Part shown: one piece after another, positions 10,007 through 19,642 of the stretch
Numbering within the stretch: the first letter of the stretch is position 1
Layout of the letters: each line of letters starts with the position of its first letter
NCBI GenBank assembly: GCA_034090805.1
Contig: JAXDRV010000138.1
Span: 66,188-130,187 of the forward strand
Direction of reading: 5' to 3'
Length of the DNA stretch: 64,000 nucleotides
From: Clostridia bacterium
GTDB taxonomy: Bacteria > Bacillota > Clostridia > UBA1381
Notes under the pieces: model-generated
Databases searched by the model: none
Told to the model about the DNA's origin: nothing
The model's input: only the letters and a program-made list of their open reading frames with translations
Translations under genes and position numbers: made by a program

Positions 10007-10513
10007 ATGGAAAGATATACGCTTTCGGTGCTTGTTGAAAATCATCCCGGTGTTCTTTCGAGAGTAGTCGGACTGTTCAGCCGCAGAGGCTTTAATATAT
10101 ATTCGCTGTCTGTGGGTACAACGGTAGACGATACGGTATCACGTATCACGATAGAGGTTGAGGGTGATTCGCTTATTGTCGAACAGGTTTCCAAGCAGCT
10201 TTCAAAGCTTATGGAGGTTATAAAAATAAAGACGCTTCCGAGCAATGAAATGGTAAAAAGAGGACTTATCCTGTGTAAGGTGCGTGTATCGCCCAAAACA
10301 AGGGGAGAGGTCATAGAGATAACAAATATCTTCCGTGCCAAGATAATCGATATATCACCGTCCACGATGACGATTGAGCTTACGGGAAATGACAAAAAGC
10401 TTGACGCATTTTTGGATATGATTTCGATTTACGGTATTGAAGAAATTGCAAGAACGGGTATGACGGCTCTTGAAAGAGGCGCAAATGTTTTGAAGCTTGA
10501 TAAAAACAGTTAA
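10007..10513 (+). CDS. ilvN: Acetolactate synthase small (regulatory, ACT-domain) subunit
   Basis: ATG 10007 lies 1 nt after the ilvB stop. ACT-domain sequence YTLSVLVENHPGVLSRVVGLFSRRGFNI. Confidence 0.92.
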   Translation: MERYTLSVLVENHPGVLSRVVGLFSRRGFNIYSLSVGTTVDDTVSRITIEVEGDSLIVEQVSKQLSKLMEVIKIKTLPSNEMVKRGLILCKVRVSPKTRGEVIEITNIFRAKIIDISPSTMTIELTGNDKKLDAFLDMISIYGIEEIARTGMTALERGANVLKLDKNS

Positions 10514-10549
10514 TAACGAGGTGCAAAAGCCTCCTATTATATAATTCAA

Positions 10550-10796
10550 TAGGTAATTGTAAAATGTCGGTTGGGGATTTGAGAGTGTTTTTGAATTTAT
10601 TCGTACTCAAACATCCCTTGCGGTAACTCGTCCGAACAAACTCAAAAACACTCTCAAATCCTATAATTTTGAAAGAATTTGTGATGTTTATGATTGAGTT
10701 TCGGCGAGTTACCGAACAAAGTGAGGGATGTCTGAGCCGAGGCTCAAGCAGAAATATCTCAAATTCCTAAGAAATCTCGAATTTTACAATCGCCTA
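10550..10796 (+). mobile_element. MITE-like modular repeat, composite form (TIR-L, hairpin module A 10575-10661, inverted paralogous module B 10675-10766, TIR-R)
   Basis: Ends are TAGGTAATTGTAAAAT ... ATTTTACAATCGCCTA. The direct repeat TATATAATTCAA lies at 10538-10549 and 10795-10806. Homologous to 7 other loci in this window. Confidence 0.85.
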
Positions 10797-10810
10797 TATA
10801 ATTCAACTAA

Positions 10811-11857
<1,047 letters not shown>

Positions 11858-11871
11858 TTTAAAAACATACG

Positions 11872-11912
11872 CACCGCATCGGGAGCAAATACCTCGATGC
11901 GGTGTTTTTTTT
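11872..11912 (+). terminator. Intrinsic terminator after ilvC
   Basis: Stem CACCGCATCG (11872-11881) / CGATGCGGTG (11895-11904), followed by T8. Confidence 0.85.
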
Positions 11913-11988
11913 GTTACGAAGTACACATTTTAATATGAAAGGGGAGAAGGCAAACAAAAAGACGGCTTGGAAATCCAAACCGTCAAAT

Positions 11989-12075
11989 TGGTGCCGATGA
12001 CCGGGGTCGAACCGGTACGGTATCGCTACCACCGGATTTTGAGTCCGGCGCGTCTGCCAATTCCACCACATCGGC
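11989..12075 (-). tRNA. tRNA-Leu (anticodon CAA)
   Basis: Reverse complement reads GCCGATG...CCGGA-CTCAAAA-TCCGG...long variable arm...ACCGGTTCGACCCCGGT-CATCGGC-A-CCA. The cloverleaf was folded by eye. Confidence 0.85.
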
Positions 12076-12109
12076 ATATGCGGCACTTATGCGCCGCTTA
12101 TTTTTTAAA

Positions 12110-12355
12110 TTATTCAGCTACGAACGGGAGAAGAGCTATCTGTCTTGCTCTCTTTATAGCTGTAGTAAGCTGTCTTTGATGCTTTGCACAGTTACCGCTG
12201 ATACGTCTGGGAACAATCTTTCCTCTTTCGGAAACGTATCTTCTCAGCTTTGCTGTGTCCTTGTAATCAATATGCTCAACCTTATCTACACAGAACAGGC
12301 AAACCTTTTTCTTAGGTCTTCTTGCTCTCTGGGGTCTTTCATTTCTTTCAGCCAT
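12110..12355 (-). CDS. rpsR: 30S ribosomal protein S18
   Basis: Translation [48 protein letters not shown]. Confidence 0.95.
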   Translation of the reverse strand: MAERNERPQRARRPKKKVCLFCVDKVEHIDYKDTAKLRRYVSERGKIVPRRISGNCAKHQRQLTTAIKRARQIALLPFVAE

Positions 12356-12379
12356 GATTATATCCTCCTTATCATTGTT

Positions 12380-12883
12380 TTAGAACGGTAGGTCGTCTTC
12401 GCTGCCGTCAATATTGGCAAAGTCCATTTCATCAAAATCTCCGCTGCCGAAATTCGGCTCAGCTCCGCCCTGGGGCGCTCCGAAGGACTGTGCCTGCGGT
12501 GGCTGATTATTGTATCCGCCGCCGTAATTCTGGTTATAGCCGCCGTTTGAGCCTGTGCCTGTTTCCGCTTTTGAGCCGGTAAAGTATGCCTCGTCAATAA
12601 CAACCTCAGTTGAATACTGACGCTTGCCCTCTTTATCGTCCCATGAACGAGTCTGTATGTTTCCCACAACGGCAATCATGCTGCCTTTTTGGAAATATCT
12701 GCATATGAACTCCGCAGTCTGACGCCATGCCGTGCAGCTGATAAAATCAGCCGTCTGCTGACCGTCTTTGCCGGCAAATCGTCTGTTCACCGCAATGGTG
12801 AGCCTTGCAACGCTCACTCCGGCGGGAGTTTGTCTTAATTCGGGGTCACGTGCCAAACGCCCCATTAAAATAACCTTGTTCAT
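12380..12883 (-). CDS. ssb: Single-stranded DNA-binding protein
   Basis: OB-fold N-terminus MNKVILMGRLARDPELRQT, Gly/Asn/Gln-rich linker, and acidic tail DDLPF. Confidence 0.95.
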   Translation of the reverse strand: MNKVILMGRLARDPELRQTPAGVSVARLTIAVNRRFAGKDGQQTADFISCTAWRQTAEFICRYFQKGSMIAVVGNIQTRSWDDKEGKRQYSTEVVIDEAYFTGSKAETGTGSNGGYNQNYGGGYNNQPPQAQSFGAPQGGAEPNFGSGDFDEMDFANIDGSEDDLPF

Positions 12884-12900
12884 CTTCCTACCTCAAAAGA

Positions 12901-13203
12901 CTATTCTTCGTCTTTTCTGATTATGATAGTTCTCAAGATACCGTCGGTAATCTTGTACTGTCTGTCAAGCTCCTTCGGGAACTCGGCATCAGCCTTGAAG
13001 TCTACTAAATAATAGTAACCCTCTGTTCTATCATTAATCTCGTAAGCAAGTCTTCTCTTGCCCCACTCGTCAACGGATTCCAGTGTGCCGTTCTTTTCGA
13101 TAAGTCCGGTGAACTTATCCTTAAGAGCTGCTACCTGTTCCTCGGTAAGTGTTGCGTCAATGATAAAAATTGTTTCATAGCTGTTCATAATTTTCTCAGC
13201 CAT
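12901..13203 (-). CDS. rpsF: 30S ribosomal protein S6
   Basis: Translation YETIFIIDATLTEEQVAALKDKF...GKRRLAYEI. Standard rpsF-ssb-rpsR order. Confidence 0.95.
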   Translation of the reverse strand: MAEKIMNSYETIFIIDATLTEEQVAALKDKFTGLIEKNGTLESVDEWGKRRLAYEINDRTEGYYYLVDFKADAEFPKELDRQYKITDGILRTIIIRKDEE

Positions 13204-13275
13204 TTTCGCACCTCCTTATGGACATTAGTCCCGAAAGCCTGTCTTTCGGGCAAGGATGTCCGCCTTTCAGCAGAC
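13204..13275 (-). promoter_or_regulatory. Structured rpsF leader (candidate S6:S18 autoregulatory leader)
   Basis: On the - strand, GGACAT...ATGTCC encloses the hairpin CCCGAAAG-ACAGG-CTTTCGGG directly upstream of the RBS AAGGAGGTG. The assignment to the S6:S18 leader class is from memory. Confidence 0.45.
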
Positions 13276-13281
13276 TTTAAT

Positions 13282-13310
13282 ATTATACACCAAAATAACG
13301 CTTTTGTCAA
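13282..13310 (-). promoter_or_regulatory. Sigma-A-type promoter of rpsF-ssb-rpsR
   Basis: On the - strand: TTGACA (13305-13310), 17-nt spacer, TATAAT (13282-13287). Confidence 0.65.
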
Positions 13311-13449
13311 TATGTTTTTTTGAAATTTTTTAGCTTTTTATGGCAGGGTAATTCAGAATTTACAATGGAACAAGTGAATATATATTCATATGTTGTGCAA
13401 AAACGACAAAGAATTCATGGTAAATTATACATATCTCACCATTTAAAAT

Positions 13450-13466
13450 TATCACGATACGTGATA
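13450..13466. promoter_or_regulatory. Perfect 7-bp inverted repeat overlapping the -10 region of the hydrogenase operon (candidate operator)
   Basis: TATCACG-ATA-CGTGATA. The right arm overlaps TATAAT at 13465-13470. Confidence 0.4.
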
Positions 13467-13532
13467 TAATTAATCTGTACGGATATTTGTAATCAATTTA
13501 TCTAACAATATAAAATGAGGAGGCATAATTGA

Positions 13533-14039
13533 ATGGAGAAAAAACCGGCGATCCCTTTTAAGGGGACGAAGGCACAGGAGCTTGAGCTCAAGGAATTTAT
13601 CGAGCTTGAAAAATCTCAGCCGGGAGCACTGATGCCAGTGCTACAGAAGGCGCAGGAAATTTACGGCTATCTGCCTGTTGAGGTGCAGAGCATGGTTGCG
13701 GAGGGATTGGGGATCTCTCTCAGTGAGGTATACGGCGTTGCGACATTTTATTCGCAGTTTTCGCTCAATCCCAAGGGCGAGCATCGCATAAGCGTATGTC
13801 TCGGAACGGCTTGCTACGTTAAGGGTGCGGATAAGATCCTTGAGGGACTTGAGCAGCGTTTGGGGATTAAATGCGGAGAATGTACTCCGGACGGAGTATT
13901 TTCGATTGATTCATGCCGCTGCGTAGGAGCTTGCGGACTTGCTCCCGTTATGATGATTGATGATGACGTTTACGGAAGAATGACCGTTGATCAGATTGAC
14001 GATATACTCAAGAAATACACAGTAAAGCGCAGAAAGTAA
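13533..14039 (+). CDS. hydC: NuoE-like [2Fe-2S] subunit of trimeric [FeFe] hydrogenase (HydC/gamma)
   Basis: Cys motif CLGTACYVKG...CRCVGACGLAP. RBS GAGGAGG. Confidence 0.85.
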   Translation: MEKKPAIPFKGTKAQELELKEFIELEKSQPGALMPVLQKAQEIYGYLPVEVQSMVAEGLGISLSEVYGVATFYSQFSLNPKGEHRISVCLGTACYVKGADKILEGLEQRLGIKCGECTPDGVFSIDSCRCVGACGLAPVMMIDDDVYGRMTVDQIDDILKKYTVKRRK

Positions 14040-14051
14040 GGAGGGACATGA

Positions 14052-15929
14052 ATGCTTACCGTTGAAGAATTAAATAAAATCCGGGAAAAAATGAAGGACA
14101 TCGTTTCGATGAGAGATGAGGGTGCCGAAAACAAATCCGGCTACAAGTACCAGGTGCTTGTCTGCGGAGGTACGGGCTGTCACTCATCGGGCAGCCAGAA
14201 GGTGCTTGACGCACTGAATGAGCAGATTGCGGCTCATCAGCTTGAAAAGGATGTAAAAATAGTAAGAACGGGCTGTTTCGGACTTTGTTCGTTAGGCCCT
14301 ATAATGATAGTTTATCCTGAGGGTGCATTTTATGCAAGAGTTCAGCCGGAAACAATTTCGGAAATAGTTGAGGAACATCTTATAAAGGGTAATGTTGTAA
14401 AGCATCTGCTTTATGAAAGCACAGTCTGCGAGGACGGAACGATAAAATCCCTCCAGGAAACAGACTTCTATAAAAAGCAGCTCAGAGTTGCGCTCAAAAA
14501 CTGCGGCGTAATCGACCCTGAGGATATTGAGGAATACATAGCTACAGACGGTTATCAGGCACTTGCAAAGGTGCTTACAACCATGACACCGGATGATGTT
14601 ATACAGGTGCTGCTTGATTCGGGCTTAAGAGGCAGAGGCGGCGGCGGCTTCCCGACAGGACGCAAGTGGGCGTTTGCGAAGGCGTCGGACAGCGATCAGA
14701 AATACGTATGCTGTAATGCGGACGAGGGTGACCCCGGAGCGTTCATGGATCGTTCCATACTTGAGGGCGACCCGCACACGGTGCTTGAGGCTATGGCAAT
14801 TGCCGGCTACACAATCGGCGCAAACAAGGGCTTTATATATGTACGTGCGGAGTACCCCGTTGCCGTAAACAGACTTAACGTTGCGATTGCGCAGGCTAAG
14901 GAATACGGACTTTTGGGCGAGGGTATTTTCGGAACGGATTTCTCGTTTGATATTGAGTTAAGACTCGGTGCGGGCGCGTTTGTCTGCGGTGAAGAAACAG
15001 CACTTATGACGTCAATCGAGGGTAACAGAGGTGAGCCCAGACCCAGACCGCCGTTCCCGGCAGTAAAGGGTCTGTTCGGAAAGCCGACAATACTTAATAA
15101 CGTTGAAACATATGCAAATATTTGTAAGATTATATTAAACGGTCCTGAGTGGTTTGCGTCCATGGGTACAAAAACCTCAAAGGGAACAAAGGTATTCGCG
15201 CTCGGCGGAAAGATCACGAACGTAGGTCTTGTTGAGGTTCCGATGGGAACAACGCTGCGTGAAATCGTTGAGGAAATAGGCGGCGGAGTGCCGAACGGTA
15301 AGAAGTTCAAGGCTGCTCAGACGGGCGGACCGTCGGGCGGATGTATTCCCGCTTGTCATATTGACGTGCCTATCGATTACGAAAACCTGATAAATCTCGG
15401 CTCGATGATGGGATCGGGCGGTCTTATCGTAATGGACGAGGATACTTGTATGGTTGACATTGCAAAGTTCTTCCTTGAATTTACAGTGGACGAGTCATGC
15501 GGAAAATGTACGCCGTGCCGTATAGGAACAAGACGACTGTATCAGTTTATAGATAAGATAACAAAGGGCGAGGGAGAGCTTGATGATCTGGACAAGATAA
15601 AAGAGCTTTGTTCGCATATGCACTCGACATCACTGTGTGCGCTCGGTCAGACTACTCCGAACCCGGTAATTTCGACAATGCGCTACTTTGAGGACGAATA
15701 CATTGCTCATGTTAAGGATAAGACCTGTCCGGCAGGAGTGTGCAAGAGCCTGATGTCTTACGAGATTATTCCGAAGCTTTGTAAGGGTTGTACGCTTTGT
15801 GCAAAGAACTGTCCCGTCGATGCTATTTCCGGCGAGGTTAAAAAGCCGCATAAGATTGACAGACATAAGTGTATCAAGTGTGGTTTGTGCATGAAGAATT
15901 GTAAGTTCGGCGCTATTATTAAGAAATAG
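14052..15929 (+). CDS. hydB: NuoF-like NAD(P)H/FMN-binding subunit of trimeric [FeFe] hydrogenase (HydB/beta)
   Basis: Motifs GRGGGGFPTGRKW and CGKCTPCR, plus a C-terminal 2x[4Fe-4S] region CKGCTLCAKNCP / CIKCGLCMKNC. Confidence 0.87.
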   Translation: MLTVEELNKIREKMKDIVSMRDEGAENKSGYKYQVLVCGGTGCHSSGSQKVLDALNEQIAAHQLEKDVKIVRTGCFGLCSLGPIMIVYPEGAFYARVQPETISEIVEEHLIKGNVVKHLLYESTVCEDGTIKSLQETDFYKKQLRVALKNCGVIDPEDIEEYIATDGYQALAKVLTTMTPDDVIQVLLDSGLRGRGGGGFPTGRKWAFAKASDSDQKYVCCNADEGDPGAFMDRSILEGDPHTVLEAMAIAGYTIGANKGFIYVRAEYPVAVNRLNVAIAQAKEYGLLGEGIFGTDFSFDIELRLGAGAFVCGEETALMTSIEGNRGEPRPRPPFPAVKGLFGKPTILNNVETYANICKIILNGPEWFASMGTKTSKGTKVFALGGKITNVGLVEVPMGTTLREIVEEIGGGVPNGKKFKAAQTGGPSGGCIPACHIDVPIDYENLINLGSMMGSGGLIVMDEDTCMVDIAKFFLEFTVDESCGKCTPCRIGTRRLYQFIDKITKGEGELDDLDKIKELCSHMHSTSLCALGQTTPNPVISTMRYFEDEYIAHVKDKTCPAGVCKSLMSYEIIPKLCKGCTLCAKNCPVDAISGEVKKPHKIDRHKCIKCGLCMKNCKFGAIIKK

Positions 15930-15946
15930 TCAGGAGGAGTATATAG

Positions 15947-17683
15947 ATGGTAACATTAAAAATAAACGGCATCAGCGTTACTGTGCCGGAGGATTATACT
16001 ATTCTTCAGGCGGCAAAGGAGATTAATGTTGAAATACCCTCCCTGTGCTATCTGAAGGACGTAAACTGCATCGGCGCCTGCCGTGTGTGTGTAGTTGAGC
16101 TTGTTGAAAGAGGAAGAAGCCGTCTTGTGGCATCGTGCGTTTATCCGGTTGCTGAGGGCATGGAGGTATACACAAACACTCCTGCTGTAAGAACCTCAAG
16201 ACGTACAACAATTGAGCTTATTCTTTCAACACATCATAAGAAATGTCTTTCCTGCGTGAGAGGAAACAACTGCGAGCTGCAGAAGCTTTCGTTTGACTAC
16301 GGAGTTGATGAGGATCGCTTTGCTCAGGAGGAAATCGTATACGATATAGATAATTTGTCACCGTATATTATAAGAGATAACAATAAATGTATTATGTGCC
16401 GCCGCTGTACGGCTGCCTGCAACAAGGTTCAGACTGTCGGCGCAATAGGCGAGATTGCAAGAGGCTATAAGGTACACGTAGGCTGTGCATTTGAAAAGAG
16501 CATGAATGACGTTTCGTGCGTGGGCTGCGGTCAGTGTATAGTTGCCTGCCCTGTAGGCGCACTTAACGAAAAGAGCCAGATTGACGAGGTTTGGGACGCA
16601 ATCGCAGATCCGTCAAAGAAGGTTGTTGTATTTACCGCCCCGTCGATAAGAGCAACACTCGGCGAATGCTTTGATATGCCTGTCGGCACAAACGTTGAGG
16701 GTAAGATGGTATCGGCTATAAGACGTCTTGGTGTTGACGGCGTATTCAACATGGACGTTACGGCGGATCTCACGATAATGGAGGAGGCAACCGAGCTGCT
16801 TGAGCGTATTGACCACGGTGACGGTCTGCCGATGTTCACAAGCTGCTGCCCGGGTTGGGTTAAGTTTGTTGAGCATCAGTATCCGGATTTCATTCCGAAT
16901 CTGTCAACGTGTAAATCACCGCAGCAGATGTTCGGCGCGGTATTAAAGACGTACTATGCGCAGAAGATGGGAATAGATCCGAAGGATCTGTTTGTTGTCA
17001 GCGTAATTCCGTGTACGGCAAAGAAGTTTGAGTGTACAAGACCTGAGGAAAACGCTTTTGATTTTGCGGATGTGGACGTTTCGCTTACGACACGTGAGCT
17101 GTCGAAGATGATTAAGGGTGCTGGACTGAAGTTTACAGAGCTTAAGGACGAAGCTTTTGACAATCCGTTTGAAACAGCTACAGGTGCCGGCGCAATATTC
17201 GGCGCAACGGGCGGCGTTATGGAGGCTGCATTAAGAACAGCGGCGGACGTGCTTGACGGCAGTTCGAGAAAGATCGAATTCAGAGAGGTAAGAGGCACCG
17301 AGGGAATCAAAGAGGCTACATATACCTTGGGCGGACAGAAGCTCAGAGTTGCCGTTGCATCGGGACTCGGAAACGCAAGAAAAATCCTTGACAGCATAAA
17401 GAACGGCGAAAAGCAGTATGATTTTGTTGAGGTTATGGCGTGTCCCGGAGGCTGCGTAAACGGCGGCGGTCAGCCTGTTCAGGGTGACAGCGTGAGAAAT
17501 TACGTTGACCTCAAGACTTTGAGAGCAAAGGCACTGTACGATACGGATAAAAAGCTTAAGTACAGAAAGGCGCATCTCAATCCCGTTATACAAATGCTGT
17601 ATGATGAGTATTTTGACGCACCGGGCAAGCACCGTGCTCACAGACTGCTCCATACTCAGTATGTAAAGAGAGACAGATACTAA
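15947..17683 (+). CDS. hydA: [FeFe] hydrogenase catalytic subunit (HydA/alpha)
   Basis: N-terminal ferredoxin-like Cys clusters. H-cluster motifs FTSCCPGW, IPCTAKKFE, VMACPGGCVNGGGQP. Confidence 0.92.
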   Translation: MVTLKINGISVTVPEDYTILQAAKEINVEIPSLCYLKDVNCIGACRVCVVELVERGRSRLVASCVYPVAEGMEVYTNTPAVRTSRRTTIELILSTHHKKCLSCVRGNNCELQKLSFDYGVDEDRFAQEEIVYDIDNLSPYIIRDNNKCIMCRRCTAACNKVQTVGAIGEIARGYKVHVGCAFEKSMNDVSCVGCGQCIVACPVGALNEKSQIDEVWDAIADPSKKVVVFTAPSIRATLGECFDMPVGTNVEGKMVSAIRRLGVDGVFNMDVTADLTIMEEATELLERIDHGDGLPMFTSCCPGWVKFVEHQYPDFIPNLSTCKSPQQMFGAVLKTYYAQKMGIDPKDLFVVSVIPCTAKKFECTRPEENAFDFADVDVSLTTRELSKMIKGAGLKFTELKDEAFDNPFETATGAGAIFGATGGVMEAALRTAADVLDGSSRKIEFREVRGTEGIKEATYTLGGQKLRVAVASGLGNARKILDSIKNGEKQYDFVEVMACPGGCVNGGGQPVQGDSVRNYVDLKTLRAKALYDTDKKLKYRKAHLNPVIQMLYDEYFDAPGKHRAHRLLHTQYVKRDRY

Positions 17684-17687
17684 TTAA

Positions 17688-17716
17688 TAAAGGCGGCTCA
17701 ATGAGCCGCCTTTTAT
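17688..17716. terminator. Bidirectional terminator between hydA and the phosphohexomutase gene
   Basis: Sequence AAAGGCGGCTC-AAT-GAGCCGCCTTTT. Confidence 0.85.
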
Positions 17717-17726
17717 ATGCTTAATT

Positions 17727-19469
17727 TTACAGTCCGAACTGCTCCTTGCAGGATTCCAGAACCTTGTCTATTGTTGCTTCCGCAGATTCAAAGCTATCGG
17801 CAAAGGTGCCGAGATACAGCTTAATTTTCGGCTCTGTGCCGGAGGGTCTTACGATGAAGTAGGTCTTGTCGTCCGACAGATTATACTTGAGAACATCAGA
17901 TTTAGGCAGATCCTTGATCGGTGAAACACCGCCCTTTGTATCCTTTATTGTCTGAGTCTTGTAGTCGGTGTAAAGAATAACGTTCATACCGGCAACCTTT
18001 GTGGGGGGAGTCTGTCTTAAGCCGGCAAGCAGAGCTGCCATTTTCTCCATGCCGTCCTTACCGGGCATTGTGAAGGAAACGGTTCTTTCTGCGTAGTAGC
18101 CGTAACGCTTGTATATATCCTGAAGCGCTTCGTAAAGCGACATTCCCTTTGTTTTGTAATAAGCTGCCATTTCGGCAATGAGCATAGTCGCAACAACACC
18201 GTCCTTGTCACGTGCGTGCGTGCCGACAAGATAGCCGTAGCTTTCCTCGAAGCCTATCAGATAGGTGTGATTTCCCTTTTCGGCAAATTCGGTCATTTTC
18301 TCACCTATGTACTTGAAGCCGGTCAGTACATTCATTACCTCCATGCCGTAGCTGTTGGCGATCGCCGCCGCAAGCTCGGTTGTAACGATAGTCTTTATAA
18401 CAACTCCGTTTTCCGGAAGAACGCCCTTTTCCTTCTTTGAACGCAGGATGTATTCAACAAGCAAAGCACCCGTCTGATTTCCTGTGAGAGTTCTGTATAT
18501 TCCGTCCGCATCACGTACAACGATACCTACTCTGTCGCAGTCAGGGTCTGTTCCGATTATAACATCAACATCATTTTCCTTAGCCATTTGGATAGCTATG
18601 GTGAAGCCCTCCTTGTTTTCGGGATTGGGGGATTCCACTGTCGGGAAGTCGCCGTCCTCTGTATCCTGCTCCTTTACAACAAGCACATTCTTAAAGCCTA
18701 TGCGGTTTAAGATAGCCTTTATGGGTCTTGAACCGGTGCCGTGGAAAGGTGTGTAAATCAGCTTAAAGCTGTCTGCAACCTCTTTAACGGCTTCGGGGTT
18801 TTGCTGCTGCGACATTACCGCGTCAAGGAACTTTTCATCAAGCTCTGTACCGGGAACGGTAAGCAGGTCATTTTCGGCAGCTTCTTCAAGCGAAATATAT
18901 TTAATATCGTCAAAAACATCATAGCTGTTTATTGCTTCGATAACAACATCGGCAGCATCGGGAGGGAGCTGACCTCCGTCGGGGCCGTAAACCTTATAGC
19001 CGTTGTACTCCTTGGGATTGTGCGAGGCGGTAATCATAACTCCGGCCGCACAGCCAAGCTCTCTTATTCCGAACGATACCTCCGGAACGGAATGTACGAT
19101 CGGGAACAGATAAACGTGTATTCCGGCACAGGCAAGAACCTTCGCCGTTTCCTCGGCAAATATACGTGAAAAATTACGTGTATCGTAGCCTATAAGCACG
19201 CCTGCCTTTGCAGCGTCCGCACCCTTTGAATTTACGTATTTTGCAACTCCCTGGCTTGCACGGCGCACATTGTAAATGTTCATGCGGTTGGTACCCATGC
19301 CGAGTATGCCTCTCATTCCGGCAGTACCAAATTCAAGCTCACGGTAAAATCTTTCCTCAATTTCCTTTTCGTTGCCCGCAAGAGCCGCAAGCTCTGCTCT
19401 GTCGCCCTCTGACAGAACGGGAGAATTAAGCCATCTTTCATATGTTTCCTTGTAACTCATTTTAAACAT
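17727..19469 (-). CDS. Phosphoglucomutase/phosphomannomutase family protein
   Basis: Active-site loop ITASHNPKEYNGYK and Mg-binding GTDPDCDRVG. 580 aa. Confidence 0.87.
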   Translation of the reverse strand: MFKMSYKETYERWLNSPVLSEGDRAELAALAGNEKEIEERFYRELEFGTAGMRGILGMGTNRMNIYNVRRASQGVAKYVNSKGADAAKAGVLIGYDTRNFSRIFAEETAKVLACAGIHVYLFPIVHSVPEVSFGIRELGCAAGVMITASHNPKEYNGYKVYGPDGGQLPPDAADVVIEAINSYDVFDDIKYISLEEAAENDLLTVPGTELDEKFLDAVMSQQQNPEAVKEVADSFKLIYTPFHGTGSRPIKAILNRIGFKNVLVVKEQDTEDGDFPTVESPNPENKEGFTIAIQMAKENDVDVIIGTDPDCDRVGIVVRDADGIYRTLTGNQTGALLVEYILRSKKEKGVLPENGVVIKTIVTTELAAAIANSYGMEVMNVLTGFKYIGEKMTEFAEKGNHTYLIGFEESYGYLVGTHARDKDGVVATMLIAEMAAYYKTKGMSLYEALQDIYKRYGYYAERTVSFTMPGKDGMEKMAALLAGLRQTPPTKVAGMNVILYTDYKTQTIKDTKGGVSPIKDLPKSDVLKYNLSDDKTYFIVRPSGTEPKIKLYLGTFADSFESAEATIDKVLESCKEQFGL

Positions 19470-19642
19470 CTCCTCACTCTTAATTATTTATCATGCCGAT
19501 GATTACTGTATACTATTATACAATAAATCTCGGAATAATTCAATCCTTATTATGTTGAAATTTTTCGCATATTCTTATTCAAATTGCTAAAAATTGAGCT
19601 TGTACCGCAATTTTTGCTATGTGTCGCCAAAAGCCGCATCAG

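Noticed and set aside
10380-10610. ORF-track reading frames running through the repeats (10380-10610, 28874-29434, 37224-37475, 51736-51921, 43400-43600, and the 5' extension of 43597-48387). They share peptides such as KFKNTLK and FESVFEF.
   Set aside because: The shared peptides come from translating the same inverted-repeat DNA on either strand. These frames have no RBS and overlap real genes or leaders, so they are repeat artefacts, not a protein family.
11859-12086. ORFs overlapping the tRNA genes (11859-12086, 11967-12179, 24227-24529, 24374-24574, and the N-terminal extension of 23368-24192).
   Set aside because: These regions fold into canonical tRNA cloverleaves with their own promoters and terminators. 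The ORFs are incidental.
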